From assembly GCA_045125655.1 (NCBI GenBank), contig JBGVNP010000063.1, positions 9-64,008 of the forward strand: a stretch of 64,000 nt of DNA. Reading direction: 5' to 3'. The DNA comes from Eubacteriales bacterium. Lineage in GTDB: Bacteria > Bacillota > Clostridia > Oscillospirales > CAG-272. The position numbers and the translations under genes were made by a program. A model generated the notes under the pieces. The model was given only the letters and a program-made list of their open reading frames with translations. It searched no databases and was not told where the DNA came from. The number at the start of each line of letters is the position of its first letter. The stretch's first letter is position 1. This document shows, piece by piece, positions 44,510 through 54,503 of the stretch.

Positions 44510-45112
44510 TTATTTTACAAATCCAAATTTATCGAATGGGGAAATGCGAAGAATTACCTTGCCAAGCACGGTTCTTTCGTCAACAAATCCTATCTCGTAT
44601 GCACGGCTATCCAAGGAATTATTTCTATTATCACCCATTACAAACAGGTGTCCCTCTGGAACTTGAGTGATATAAATTCCGCTATAATTCTTGTATTTGC
44701 CGTCTGTGAGATTGACGTATGCGGATTCGTCGATTATTTCGCTTTGCTCGAAAACATTATCATCGGAAACGTAAATTCTGCAATTATCATAATCTATTTT
44801 TATAAAACGGTTTTCAGTAGCAATAACGCGCTTTACAATTGGTTCATTCAAGGCGCCCGTTTGATGAAAAACGATAATGTCATTTTCCTTTGGTTCATAA
44901 AAAAGATTGGAGATTATAACTTTTTCTCCGTTAATCAGCGTGGGCGTCATCGAGGAGCCGACGACCGTGCACATTTTGAAGACGAACGTTATAATAATAA
45001 GGATAATAACCAACGCTTTTATAACTACGTCAAATACGTCGATTATGAAATTTTTGAATTTGGAGTTTGGAACAGCAGCAAAATCCGCCGAGCTTTGATT
45101 TTTATAAGACAT
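44510..45112 (-). CDS. lepB: signal peptidase I
   Basis: It has GSSMTPTL (catalytic Ser) and GDNRNNSLDSR. The start is the ATG after GGAGGA. Confidence 0.85.
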   Translation of the reverse strand: MSYKNQSSADFAAVPNSKFKNFIIDVFDVVIKALVIILIIITFVFKMCTVVGSSMTPTLINGEKVIISNLFYEPKENDIIVFHQTGALNEPIVKRVIATENRFIKIDYDNCRIYVSDDNVFEQSEIIDESAYVNLTDGKYKNYSGIYITQVPEGHLFVMGDNRNNSLDSRAYEIGFVDERTVLGKVILRISPFDKFGFVK

Positions 45113-45252
45113 TTTTTCCTCCAAGACACTGCTTTTTGATATCGAAATTATCGAAATTGTACTTAATTTTATATATTGTAACATATTTATCGTAAATAAA
45201 CAAGATTTTTTCAAAAAATAAGAAAAAATGTTTAAAAATTCTAAAATTTATA

Positions 45253-45281
45253 TTGACACGATTGAAAAAATATGTTACTAT
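45253..45281 (+). promoter_or_regulatory. sigma-A-type promoter for the nfeD-SPFH operon
   Basis: TTGACA, a 17-nt spacer, then TACTAT. Confidence 0.5.
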
Positions 45282-45398
45282 AGTATGACACAAAATATTG
45301 AACGTGGGGGATTGTCCCTTTAAAAGGTCGGTTTCTTGCGAAATGGTGGTTTCGCTTGCGTTCAAAGTCTATAAATTACATAAAGAGGAGAAAAATGT

Positions 45399-45857
45399 AT
45401 GAATTACGGATTTAGTCTTTTGTGGCTTGTGGTTCTCATCGTTGCTGTTATTCTTGAGATGCGCACAAGTGACGTAGTTGCAGTTTGGTTTATGCCTGCT
45501 GCTGCAGTGGCATTCTTGCTCACATTCTTTGCAGGAGAGGACGAGGCAAAGAGCTTTGCAATTCAGATTTTTGCATTTGCAATGGTTTCTTTGGTATCTT
45601 TCGTTATCTTCAAGATTTCCTTCAATAAGAAGGTTAAGAGATTTAAAAAGGGTAAAACAAACATTACCGCTCTTATTGGCGAAAGATGTCTTGTTATTGA
45701 AGATATTTCCAATATCAACGTTAAGGGTATGGTAAACGTTAAGGGCTCACTTTGGAGCGCTTGCAGCGTAGACCCTCACGATTATATCGAAGCAGGTACA
45801 GTCGTAGTGGTTGAAAGAGTTGAAGGCGTTAAGCTTATCTGCTCAAGAGAGAAATAA
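45399..45857 (+). CDS. NfeD-family membrane protein
   Basis: It has N-terminal TM helices and a C-terminal OB-like segment (GERCLVIEDI...VKGSLWSA....IEAGTVVVVERVEGVKLIC). Confidence 0.75.
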   Translation: MNYGFSLLWLVVLIVAVILEMRTSDVVAVWFMPAAAVAFLLTFFAGEDEAKSFAIQIFAFAMVSLVSFVIFKISFNKKVKRFKKGKTNITALIGERCLVIEDISNINVKGMVNVKGSLWSACSVDPHDYIEAGTVVVVERVEGVKLICSREK

Positions 45858-45874
45858 TATAGGAGGCAATCGTT

Positions 45875-47017
45875 ATGACACCTGAAATTATTATCGGCGT
45901 AGGAATTGTAGTATTCCTTTTATTGATTCTTATTATCTGTAACATCCGAATCGTACCCCAGTCCAAGGCGTGGGTTATGGAACGACTTGGTGTTTACTCC
46001 AAGACATGGCATACGGGCTTGCACATCAAGATTCCTTTCATCGAAAGAGCTGCTAAAAAGGTAGACCTTCGTGAACAGATCTTGGTTTGCGGCGAAGGAT
46101 TTAATCACGGTCAGTATCATTCTCATGATAAAGATAACAAGATAAGATATGCTTATAGAGATGTAAATGAAGATACTTATGCTGCAGGATCTAACACATC
46201 TGCGGCAGCTGTTGGGGCAATTGCAGGCGCTGGTAAGTCGGTTGCTGGTGGTGCTGTTGCAGGTGTAGCAGGTTCATCCAACAAGGCTTCTACTGCTACG
46301 CAAGGTGACGTAGAGGTATACTATGACTATAGACTTGGTTCACATCGCAACGCACACAGTCGTGCTTCTCAGCCCGTTATCACAAAGGATAACGTTTCTA
46401 TGGAAATAGATACAGTTATTTTCTACAGCATTACTGATCCTAAGCTTTATGCTTACGGTCATTCTCAGCCCCTTAAGGCAGTTGAGCATCTTTCTGCTAC
46501 AACACTTCGTAACATTGTTGGTGGCATGGAGCTTGATGAAACTCTTTCTTCAAGAGATGAAATCAACTACAAGCTTAGAAAGGTTCTTGACGAAGCAACT
46601 GATGCTTGGGGTATCAAGGTTACTCGTGTTGAAATTAGAAACATCATCATTTCCGATGTAGAGCTTGCTGAAGCTATGGAAAAACAGATGATTGCTGAAC
46701 GTACAAAGAGAGCTGAAATCCTTCTTGCAGAAGGCGAAAAGAAATCCGAAATTCTTAAGGCTGAAGGTAAGAAAACTGCTGAAATCCTTGTTGCTCAAGG
46801 TAAGGCGGAGGCGATCAGACTCGTTAATGAAGCTACTCCTTCTCAGGAATTCCTTACTATCCGCGCTCTCGAAGCATACGAAGTTGCAGCTCATGGTCAG
46901 GCAACAAAGATCATCGTTCCTTCAAATCTCCAGTCCCTTGCAGGTCTTGCACTTAGCGGCGCTGAAGTTTTCAAAGAAGGCGAAAAGATGGAAGCTCCCG
47001 CAGTTGATGCTGAATAA
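45875..47017 (+). CDS. SPFH/band-7 (stomatin-like) protein with internal insertion
   Basis: It has IVPQSKAWVMERLG, VITKDNV and a coiled-coil AE-rich C-terminus. About 95 extra residues lie between DLREQ and QPVITKDN. Confidence 0.85.
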   Translation: MTPEIIIGVGIVVFLLLILIICNIRIVPQSKAWVMERLGVYSKTWHTGLHIKIPFIERAAKKVDLREQILVCGEGFNHGQYHSHDKDNKIRYAYRDVNEDTYAAGSNTSAAAVGAIAGAGKSVAGGAVAGVAGSSNKASTATQGDVEVYYDYRLGSHRNAHSRASQPVITKDNVSMEIDTVIFYSITDPKLYAYGHSQPLKAVEHLSATTLRNIVGGMELDETLSSRDEINYKLRKVLDEATDAWGIKVTRVEIRNIIISDVELAEAMEKQMIAERTKRAEILLAEGEKKSEILKAEGKKTAEILVAQGKAEAIRLVNEATPSQEFLTIRALEAYEVAAHGQATKIIVPSNLQSLAGLALSGAEVFKEGEKMEAPAVDAE

Positions 47018-47035
47018 TTATTGAATTAATATTGA

Positions 47036-47066
47036 AAGACACGGCTTAGGTCGTGTCTTTTTTTGT
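47036..47066 (+). terminator. intrinsic terminator
   Basis: AAGACACG-(8 nt)-CGTGTCTT is followed by TTTTTT. Confidence 0.8.
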
Positions 47067-47084
47067 TTTCTTTTGTAAAAACCT

Positions 47085-47113
47085 TTGACAAAAGCAATAC
47101 TATATAGTATAAT
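47085..47113 (+). promoter_or_regulatory. sigma-A-type promoter
   Basis: TTGACA, a 17-nt spacer, then TATAAT. Confidence 0.55.
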
Positions 47114-47161
47114 AATTAAACGTAGAGAAAATTCCTGCTTTGGCAGTTTTAAGGAGATAAT

Positions 47162-47908
47162 ATGCCCAAGTTTTTTATCAATAAAAATCAAATAGACGGT
47201 GAATATATTTCTATTGTAGGTGAGGATGCCCATCACATCTCGCGTTCTCTCAGAATGGCAGTTGGTGAGAAGATCACCGTCTCGGATGGTGAAAAATTTG
47301 AATATGATTGCGTTCTTGAGGATTTTGCAAGCGGCTGTGTTAAGGCAAGAATTATAGACCAATTTGTATCTAGAGCAGAGCCCGAAATAAGATTTCATCT
47401 TTATCAAGCTTTGCCCAAGGGCGAAAAGCTTGACCTTATAATTCAAAAGGCGGTTGAATGTGGTGCTTACGACATAACTCTTTTTGAGAGCGAGCGTTGC
47501 ATTGCCAAGGTCAAAGGCGAGGCGGAAGGACGAAAGAGCGAGAGAAGAAACAAAATTGCTCTTGAAGCCGCAAAGCAGTGTTGTAGAGGAATAATTCCAA
47601 TTGTAAATCCTACGCTTACCTTTGAAGAAATGTTGAAAAAGGCAACTGATTCATCAGTGGCACTTTTTTGCTACGAGGGTGAGGGCACAAGATCTCTTGG
47701 TGAGGTGCTTAAGCAAATAAGAAAAGAGAATAATCTCACGGATATATCTATTATAATAGGAAGTGAAGGTGGATTCTCCATATCCGAGGTTGAACGTGCA
47801 GAAATTGCAGGTTGCTATAAAATAGGACTTGGAAAGAGAATTCTAAGGACTGAAACGGCGGCTATAATGGCGCTTAGCTGCCTTGTTTATGAATTTGAAC
47901 TATCTTGA
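47162..47908 (+). CDS. rsmE: 16S rRNA (uracil1498-N3)-methyltransferase
   Basis: It has MPKFFI......I.G.DAHHI..SLRM at the N-terminus and a C-terminal SPOUT region (IGSEGGFS..E). Confidence 0.9.
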   Translation: MPKFFINKNQIDGEYISIVGEDAHHISRSLRMAVGEKITVSDGEKFEYDCVLEDFASGCVKARIIDQFVSRAEPEIRFHLYQALPKGEKLDLIIQKAVECGAYDITLFESERCIAKVKGEAEGRKSERRNKIALEAAKQCCRGIIPIVNPTLTFEEMLKKATDSSVALFCYEGEGTRSLGEVLKQIRKENNLTDISIIIGSEGGFSISEVERAEIAGCYKIGLGKRILRTETAAIMALSCLVYEFELS

Positions 47909-48067
47909 TTGTGCATATTTACAGTGCTTTTCACTAAAAAGCACAAAAAAAATTAAAAAAATTAGAGAAAATATCAAAAAACCTATTGAAAAATAACAAA
48001 AAATGTAGTATTATATAGTGTAGTATGTACAAAAAACTTTTAATCCTATAAATGAGAGGTTTAATTT

Positions 48068-49153
48068 ATGTCTAACAGATTATTTCAGGGCGTTGTTCAT
48101 CAGATGAAGGATGCGGTTGATCGCATTATTGGTGTGGTTGATGAAAACGGTGTTGTAGTTGCTTGCTCCGATCTCCCTAAGATCGGTGAGGTAAGACAGG
48201 GTGTTGCAGAGGAAATTTCTTACTCTGCAAAGACATTTGTTTTGCTTGGTAATACATACAGTCCTATATCTTCAGGATCTAAATCCGAATATTACGTATT
48301 CGTTGAGGGAGAGGACAAGATGGCTGAAAAAATTGCCAATATTCTTGTTGTTTCTTTCGCAAATATTAAGAACCTTTATGACGAAAAATATGATAAGGGC
48401 TCTTTCATTAAAAATATCATTCTTGATAACATCCTTCCCAGCGACATATATATTAAGAGCAAGGAGCTTCATTTCAATACCGAAGAGGTTAGAATCGTTT
48501 TCCTTATTAAGTTCTATGGCAGAACAGATATTATGCCCTTTGAGATGCTTCAGAATATGTTCCCTGACAAATCTAAAGACTACGTTATCAGCGTTGGTGA
48601 GCAGGACGTTGTTCTTGTTAAGGATATTAAACCCGGAACAGAGCGTCGCGAAATAGAAAAGATGGCTGCAGGCATTGTTAATACTCTTGCTAATGATTAT
48701 TATGCAAAGGTTTCTATCGGTATCTCGACCGTTGTTGACAACATCAAGGACCTTGCAAGAGCTTATAAAGAGGCGCAGGTTGCACTTGACGTGGGCAAGG
48801 TATTTGAAACCGAAAAGAACATTATCAGCTATGAAAATCTCGGTATTGGAAGACTTATTTATCAGCTTCCCACAACTATGTGCGAGATGTTCCTCCAGGA
48901 AGTATTTAAGAAGGGAAGCCTTGATTCACTCGACAGAGAAACTCTTATGACGATCCAGTGCTTCTTTGAGAATAATCTTAACGTTTCCGAAACGTCAAGA
49001 AAGCTTTTTGTACACAGAAATACACTTGTATATAGACTTGAAAAGATCCGCAAGCTCACAGGTCTTGACTTGCGTGAGTTTGAGCACGCTATCACTTTCA
49101 AGGTAGCACTTATGGTTCAAAAATATCTTAAGTCCATATCCTCAAAATATTGA
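48068..49153 (+). CDS. PucR/CdaR-family transcriptional regulator
   Basis: It has a C-terminal PucR-type HTH (NLNVSETSRKLFVHRNTLVYRLEKIRKLTGLD). Confidence 0.75.
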   Translation: MSNRLFQGVVHQMKDAVDRIIGVVDENGVVVACSDLPKIGEVRQGVAEEISYSAKTFVLLGNTYSPISSGSKSEYYVFVEGEDKMAEKIANILVVSFANIKNLYDEKYDKGSFIKNIILDNILPSDIYIKSKELHFNTEEVRIVFLIKFYGRTDIMPFEMLQNMFPDKSKDYVISVGEQDVVLVKDIKPGTERREIEKMAAGIVNTLANDYYAKVSIGISTVVDNIKDLARAYKEAQVALDVGKVFETEKNIISYENLGIGRLIYQLPTTMCEMFLQEVFKKGSLDSLDRETLMTIQCFFENNLNVSETSRKLFVHRNTLVYRLEKIRKLTGLDLREFEHAITFKVALMVQKYLKSISSKY

Positions 49154-49166
49154 TTTCTATTGATAT

Positions 49167-49199
49167 TAAGCGAAACGGCGTTTATCCCCGTTTCGCTTA
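49167..49199 (+). terminator. strong hairpin after the PucR-family gene (no clear U-run)
   Basis: TAAGCGAAACGG-(9 nt)-CCGTTTCGCTTA forms a 12-bp stem. Confidence 0.45.
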
Positions 49200-49225
49200 G
49201 TGTCGTTCTAAATAATTTATAGAGA

Positions 49226-50617
49226 TTGGAGAATATTATGAAAAATATGAAAAATAAGATAATATTGCAGATTGTTGCTATACTGCTCACTCTGATTTTA
49301 GTTGTTTCAGTTACTGCTTGCATACTTCAAAATAATAGTAATACCAATGGCAATAACAATATTCAAACTCCCGATGATCCTAATAGAGAGCCGATAGATT
49401 ATACAAATTCAATGTTGCTTGTTGATGCGATATTTAATTTGTATTCAATTTATGATATTGACTATGAGCAGGCAATGCTTGCTGCAATTCGTGCTTACGT
49501 AGATGCAACGGGTGATAAATACGCGTATTTCTTTACTGCCGAGGAGCTTGAGGAATTAATGTCCGAAAACAATGGCGATTTCTACGGCATCGGTGTTCAA
49601 GTAATATTTGACTATGATGAGCATTGCATGGAAATTATGCTTGTTATGCCCAATTCTCCCGCAGTTGGAAAGCTTGAGATCGGTGACAAGGTTACTCACA
49701 TCTATGCGGATGGTGAAAAGATAGCACTTGCAGATGTTGTTGCAGAGAATATTGAAAAGCTTACAAAAATCTATCCTTCCTTCACTGAAGAGGAAATAAA
49801 TATTGCCGCAGGAAATCAGGCACTTGATTATGCGGTTTCAAAGCTTAAGGGTCCTGAAGGTACAAATGCTCACTTTATTGTAAACAGAGACGGTAAAGTG
49901 ATTGATATGAATATTACAAGAGCAAAGGTTAAAACTGTTTCTGTAAGAAGCAAGGTTTCTATCAGAGATAGCAAGGTAGGTATCGTATCAATTTCTCAAT
50001 TTGACCTCACCACTCCCACTCAGTTCAAGGAGTGTATGAATGATTTGATTTCAAAGGGATGTGAAAAATTTGTTTTCGACGTTAGAAACAATCCCGGCGG
50101 AGACCTTGCATCCATCACTGCGGTTCTCAGTATGATTTTAAACAAGGGCGATGTGGTTATTTCTACAAAATCTGCGTCCGGCGCGGAAGAGATCACCAAG
50201 GTTGACGTAGTTAATTATGCAGGAAATTATTCGACTTGCAATATAACCGAGGCCGAGATCGGCATGTACGGAAAATATGAGATGGTTGTTCTCGCGGATG
50301 CAAATACCGCAAGCGCAGCAGAGCTCTTTACCGCTGCACTCCGTGATCATAACAAGGCAAAGATAGTTGGTGTAAAGACCTACGGTAAGGGAAGCGTACA
50401 GAGTATTTTACCTCTTTCCTCCAGTGGTGGAGAAGGTGCAATTAAGCTCACAACGATGCTTTATTATCCCCCCTGTGGCGAAGGATATAACGGCATAGGT
50501 ATTGCACCTCATTATGAGGTGGAGCTTAGCGGCATAGCTAAAGAAACACATTTCTATAAGCTCACCGAAGAAATAGACAATCAGCTTCAAAAAGCTGTTT
50601 CACTTTTAATTGATTAA
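49226..50617 (+). CDS. S41 family C-terminal processing peptidase
   Basis: It has an N-terminal TM anchor, a PDZ-like region, RNNPGGDL, TASAAELF (Ser) and GKGSVQ (Lys). Confidence 0.85.
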   Translation: MENIMKNMKNKIILQIVAILLTLILVVSVTACILQNNSNTNGNNNIQTPDDPNREPIDYTNSMLLVDAIFNLYSIYDIDYEQAMLAAIRAYVDATGDKYAYFFTAEELEELMSENNGDFYGIGVQVIFDYDEHCMEIMLVMPNSPAVGKLEIGDKVTHIYADGEKIALADVVAENIEKLTKIYPSFTEEEINIAAGNQALDYAVSKLKGPEGTNAHFIVNRDGKVIDMNITRAKVKTVSVRSKVSIRDSKVGIVSISQFDLTTPTQFKECMNDLISKGCEKFVFDVRNNPGGDLASITAVLSMILNKGDVVISTKSASGAEEITKVDVVNYAGNYSTCNITEAEIGMYGKYEMVVLADANTASAAELFTAALRDHNKAKIVGVKTYGKGSVQSILPLSSSGGEGAIKLTTMLYYPPCGEGYNGIGIAPHYEVELSGIAKETHFYKLTEEIDNQLQKAVSLLID

Positions 50618-50651
50618 TTTGAATTTTTATTATAGATAGGAGATTTTTACT

Positions 50652-51134
50652 ATGGCAAAGGCAAAACAGATGTTGTATACAAAAGAGGGCTTTGAAGCCC
50701 TTCAGGCAGAGCTCAGAGAGCGTCAGACTGTAAAACGTGAGGAAATCAAAGAAGCTATCGCTACTGCACGTTCATTCGGTGACCTTGCGGAAAACTCTGA
50801 ATACGATGCAGCAAGAAACGAGCAGGCGCAGAACGAAGCAAGAATTCTTGAGCTTCAGGCACTTATCGACAATGCACTCATCATCGACGAGACAAAGATC
50901 GATTCCACTGTTATAAGCATTGGCTCAACCGTTAAGGTTTATGACAAGGAATTTGACGAAGAGGTTGAATATAGCATCGTTGGTTCTAATGAGGTTGATC
51001 CTCTTGCGGGAAAGATCTCCGATCAGTCTCCCATCGGTCATGCACTTATGGGTAAGAGCGCAGGTGCTGAGGTTAGTGTTGATACACCATCCGGTACTAT
51101 TAGCTTCAAGATCCTTGAGGTTTCAAGAAAATAA
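50652..51134 (+). CDS. greA: transcription elongation factor GreA
   Basis: It has TKEGFEALQAELRE, GDLAENSEYDAA and a C-terminal SPIGHALMGK. Confidence 0.9.
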   Translation: MAKAKQMLYTKEGFEALQAELRERQTVKREEIKEAIATARSFGDLAENSEYDAARNEQAQNEARILELQALIDNALIIDETKIDSTVISIGSTVKVYDKEFDEEVEYSIVGSNEVDPLAGKISDQSPIGHALMGKSAGAEVSVDTPSGTISFKILEVSRK

Positions 51135-51146
51135 TAGGGGGCTAAT

Positions 51147-52658
51147 ATGACAGACATTAATAATGTAAATAACGAGCTTATCGTTGATGATGATAAGGAG
51201 TTAAATTCCATTCTTCAAATCAGACGCGACAAGCTTTCAGCACTTAAGGAATCGGGAAACGATCCCTTCCAAAAGGTTAGATTCGATTTTGACACCTATA
51301 GCGTTGATATCAAGAACAATTTTGATGAATACAACGAAAAGGACGTTAAGATTGCAGGACGTATTATGAGCCGCCGCGATATGGGTAAGGCAAACTTTAT
51401 CGACGTTATGGACGGTAAGGGTAGAATCCAGTGCTATATCCGTATCAATGACATTGGTGAAGAGGCGTTCGAGCAGTATAAGAAATGGGATATCGGTGAT
51501 ATCGTTGGCGTTAGCGGTAAGGTTTTCCTTACTCGTCGCGGTGAGATTTCCGTTCACGTTTATTCAATAGAGCTTCTTGCAAAGAGCTTGCTTCCTCTTC
51601 CTGAAAAGTTCCACGGTCTTCGTGATACCGACCTCAGATACAGACAGAGATACCTTGATCTTATCATGAATCCCGAGGTTAAGGATACCTTTGTAAAGAG
51701 AAGTCTTATCCTTAAGTATATAAGAGAGTATCTTGACGGCAAGGGCTTCCTTGAGGTTGATACACCCATTCTCGTTCCACTTGAGATAGGTGCTTCCGCA
51801 CGTCCCTTTAAGACACACCACAACACTCTTGATATGGATATGTACCTTCGTATTGAAACTGAGCTCTATCTTAAGCGACTTATCGTTGGTGGTATGGACA
51901 AGGTTTATGAGGTTGGACGTATCTTCAGAAATGAGGGTATGGATACAAAGCACAATCCCGAATTTACATCTATCGAGCTTTATCAGGCATTTACCGATTA
52001 TAAGGGGATGATGGATCTTGTTGAAGAAATGAACAAGATGCTTGCTGAAAAGGTTTGCGGTTCTACACTTATTACTTATCAGGGCAAGGAAATTGATATG
52101 TCCAAGTGGGAAAGACTCACTATGGTCGAGGCAGTTAAGAAATATGCCGGTGTTGATTACTATGATTGGAAATCCGACGAGGATGCAAGAGCTTGCGCTA
52201 AAGAAAAGCACGTTGAGGTTCCCGCAAATGCTACAAAGGGTACGGTTCTTGTTGAGTTCTTTGATGCTTACGTTGAAGAGCACCTCATCCAGCCCACGTT
52301 TATCTATGATTATCCCGTAGAAAACAGCCCTCTCGCTAAGAGAAAGGCAGATGACCCCGCATTCACAGAAAGATTTGAATATTTCATTAATGCTACTGAA
52401 TTTGGCAACGCCTTCAGTGAGCTTAACGATCCCATCGACCAGAAGGAGCGATTTGAAAAGCAGGTTGCTCAGAAGAAGAAGGACGAGCCCAACTGTAATG
52501 CAGAGGTTGACTATGATTACGTAACTGCACTTGAATACGGACTTGCTCCCACGGGCGGTCTCGGATTTGGTGTTGACCGCCTTGTAATGCTTCTTACGGA
52601 TAGCGCGTCAATTCGTGACGTTTTGCTTTTCCCCACAATGAAGCCCCTTGCAGAATAA
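51147..52658 (+). CDS. lysS: lysine--tRNA ligase (class II)
   Basis: It has an OB anticodon-binding domain and class II motifs (FRNEG, GLGFGVDRLVMLL). The greA-lysS order is common in Firmicutes. Confidence 0.95.
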   Translation: MTDINNVNNELIVDDDKELNSILQIRRDKLSALKESGNDPFQKVRFDFDTYSVDIKNNFDEYNEKDVKIAGRIMSRRDMGKANFIDVMDGKGRIQCYIRINDIGEEAFEQYKKWDIGDIVGVSGKVFLTRRGEISVHVYSIELLAKSLLPLPEKFHGLRDTDLRYRQRYLDLIMNPEVKDTFVKRSLILKYIREYLDGKGFLEVDTPILVPLEIGASARPFKTHHNTLDMDMYLRIETELYLKRLIVGGMDKVYEVGRIFRNEGMDTKHNPEFTSIELYQAFTDYKGMMDLVEEMNKMLAEKVCGSTLITYQGKEIDMSKWERLTMVEAVKKYAGVDYYDWKSDEDARACAKEKHVEVPANATKGTVLVEFFDAYVEEHLIQPTFIYDYPVENSPLAKRKADDPAFTERFEYFINATEFGNAFSELNDPIDQKERFEKQVAQKKKDEPNCNAEVDYDYVTALEYGLAPTGGLGFGVDRLVMLLTDSASIRDVLLFPTMKPLAE

Positions 52659-52673
52659 TAGTTGATAAAAAAC

Positions 52674-52712
52674 AGATCCCGAAGAAATTTCTTCGGGATC
52701 TTTATTTTTTGT
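52674..52712. terminator. bidirectional intrinsic terminator
   Basis: AGATCCCGAAGAA-att-TTCTTCGGGATCT has flanking A- and T-runs. Confidence 0.85.
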
Positions 52713-52715
52713 TGT

Positions 52716-54503
52716 TTAGTTTTTGTTTTTAATTACCCACTTGTCAAATATTACGAGCAAGGAGGGAAGAACAAACATAATTAAAAGTATTGCAGAGAAT
52801 GCACCGATGCTAAGTGCCTGTAAGATAGCTGCTACCATGCCTTCCATAAACAAACCGCAAGCAAAGGTTACAAGTACCAATATAAGAGATGATGTAAGTA
52901 TTGCATAGCTTGAACGTCTCATTGTTTCGGGAAGTGCTTCTTCAATGGAGAATTCCTTTCTTACCTCGCGGTAATATGTTGTGAAGAGGATTGCGTAATC
53001 TATCATAGTTCCCATAAGAATGCACTGTACCAAAATTACTGCTATAAAGAAGATAGGCGATTCGGTTACTGCCATAACACCCATCATTGCAAACACGGCA
53101 CATTCGATAATTGCTATAAGCAATGCAGACAAATAGAAGCTCTTGAAGGTAGCAAAAACTACTATAAGTATAACTACTATCGTAACGATTGTTATAATGA
53201 GGAATTCTTGGTCAAAGCTTTGAGATACCTCATAAGCCATTGCTGAGGTGCCTACGAGATAGTAATCTCGATGCATAAGGGAATCGAGAGTTTTTGTAAG
53301 CCCGTCATAGAACGCATACATTTCTTTAGATTCGGGAACGTAGTTTAGCATTACCACCATTCTGGAATGATCCTTGCCCACAAGCTGCGCCTTTCCGTTC
53401 AGAATTTCGCTCTCGGCGGATTTTATTTGCTCGAGTGCGCTTTCGTCAAAGAATGAGGAAAGGGCTTCATTGGAAACAACATCCTCGGTTATAAACACAA
53501 AGAAATCATAAACGGATATACTCTTTTGTGAGAAATCCATCGTATTGCTTCTTGACAATATATAGAGGAGTGTAATAGCATCCTCGTTGAACATCTCTGC
53601 ACCTTCCATAGAGGAAAACATTTCGGATATATCCTCAGGGAAGAGCTCGTTGTTTTGTTTAACAGAATTTGTTATTGACACAAGAAGTCCAAGCTGATCT
53701 GCCTGTTCGCCCTGCAAAATACCTGAAATGTAGGGATAGAGCATTGAAATGGTTGACGCGAAATCATCAAATGTCATTCGCTCGACCGGCTTAAAGTTGA
53801 AGAATTGTTCAAGGAATTTAGTATCCATTCCAAGAAGCTTTGTAACTGTGCCGATAATTGTGGCGGGAGCGTTGTCAGCAGTAATGTTCTGGAGCTGTTT
53901 GATATAGAAAATCAATTCAACAGTTGATGGATCAACGTCAAATTTTGATGCGATTTCAGCAGAGGTATATTCAATACCGTTGGTAAGAGAATCAACAAGA
54001 TCGCCGAGTTGCTTGATTTGCGCCTTGCTATTGTCGTCAATCATCGCCGCAAACATCTCGTTTTCAAGGAATGAATCGGATGATATGAATGAAACGAAGT
54101 CAGTAAAGGTCATTCCTTCAGTTAGCATTCCGTTTTCATAAATATAGAAAAGAGTATTTACAAATACCACGTCAATTCCGAGCATCCCGGAAAGCTCGGT
54201 GGGGGTGAGTTTCATTCCCAATGTGTTTGCATATGCCTGAACAGAGGTGATATGCTCATCTTTTTCGAGCCAAGATATAAGCGAGGAGATTGCTTTTTCA
54301 TCATCATTATCATAAACGATAACAAGAGTATCGTCTTGAGGAAAAATATCTGTTACTATACTTTCCTCGGCATACGAATACTCGATGATAGTGAAAGTTT
54401 GAAGAATAATAACGGCAACAAAGAGAACTACACCGAGAATTGCTATCAATTTTCTGTGCTTATAACCGAATGAACCAATATTAGAAACTATATTTTCAAA
54501 CAT
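52716..54503 (-). CDS. MMPL/RND-superfamily transporter, second half-protein
   Basis: One TM, a large extracytoplasmic domain and a C-terminal 5-TM bundle. The start ATG follows GGAGGTG and overlaps the upstream stop (ATGTTTGA). Confidence 0.7.
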   Translation of the reverse strand: MFENIVSNIGSFGYKHRKLIAILGVVLFVAVIILQTFTIIEYSYAEESIVTDIFPQDDTLVIVYDNDDEKAISSLISWLEKDEHITSVQAYANTLGMKLTPTELSGMLGIDVVFVNTLFYIYENGMLTEGMTFTDFVSFISSDSFLENEMFAAMIDDNSKAQIKQLGDLVDSLTNGIEYTSAEIASKFDVDPSTVELIFYIKQLQNITADNAPATIIGTVTKLLGMDTKFLEQFFNFKPVERMTFDDFASTISMLYPYISGILQGEQADQLGLLVSITNSVKQNNELFPEDISEMFSSMEGAEMFNEDAITLLYILSRSNTMDFSQKSISVYDFFVFITEDVVSNEALSSFFDESALEQIKSAESEILNGKAQLVGKDHSRMVVMLNYVPESKEMYAFYDGLTKTLDSLMHRDYYLVGTSAMAYEVSQSFDQEFLIITIVTIVVILIVVFATFKSFYLSALLIAIIECAVFAMMGVMAVTESPIFFIAVILVQCILMGTMIDYAILFTTYYREVRKEFSIEEALPETMRRSSYAILTSSLILVLVTFACGLFMEGMVAAILQALSIGAFSAILLIMFVLPSLLVIFDKWVIKNKN

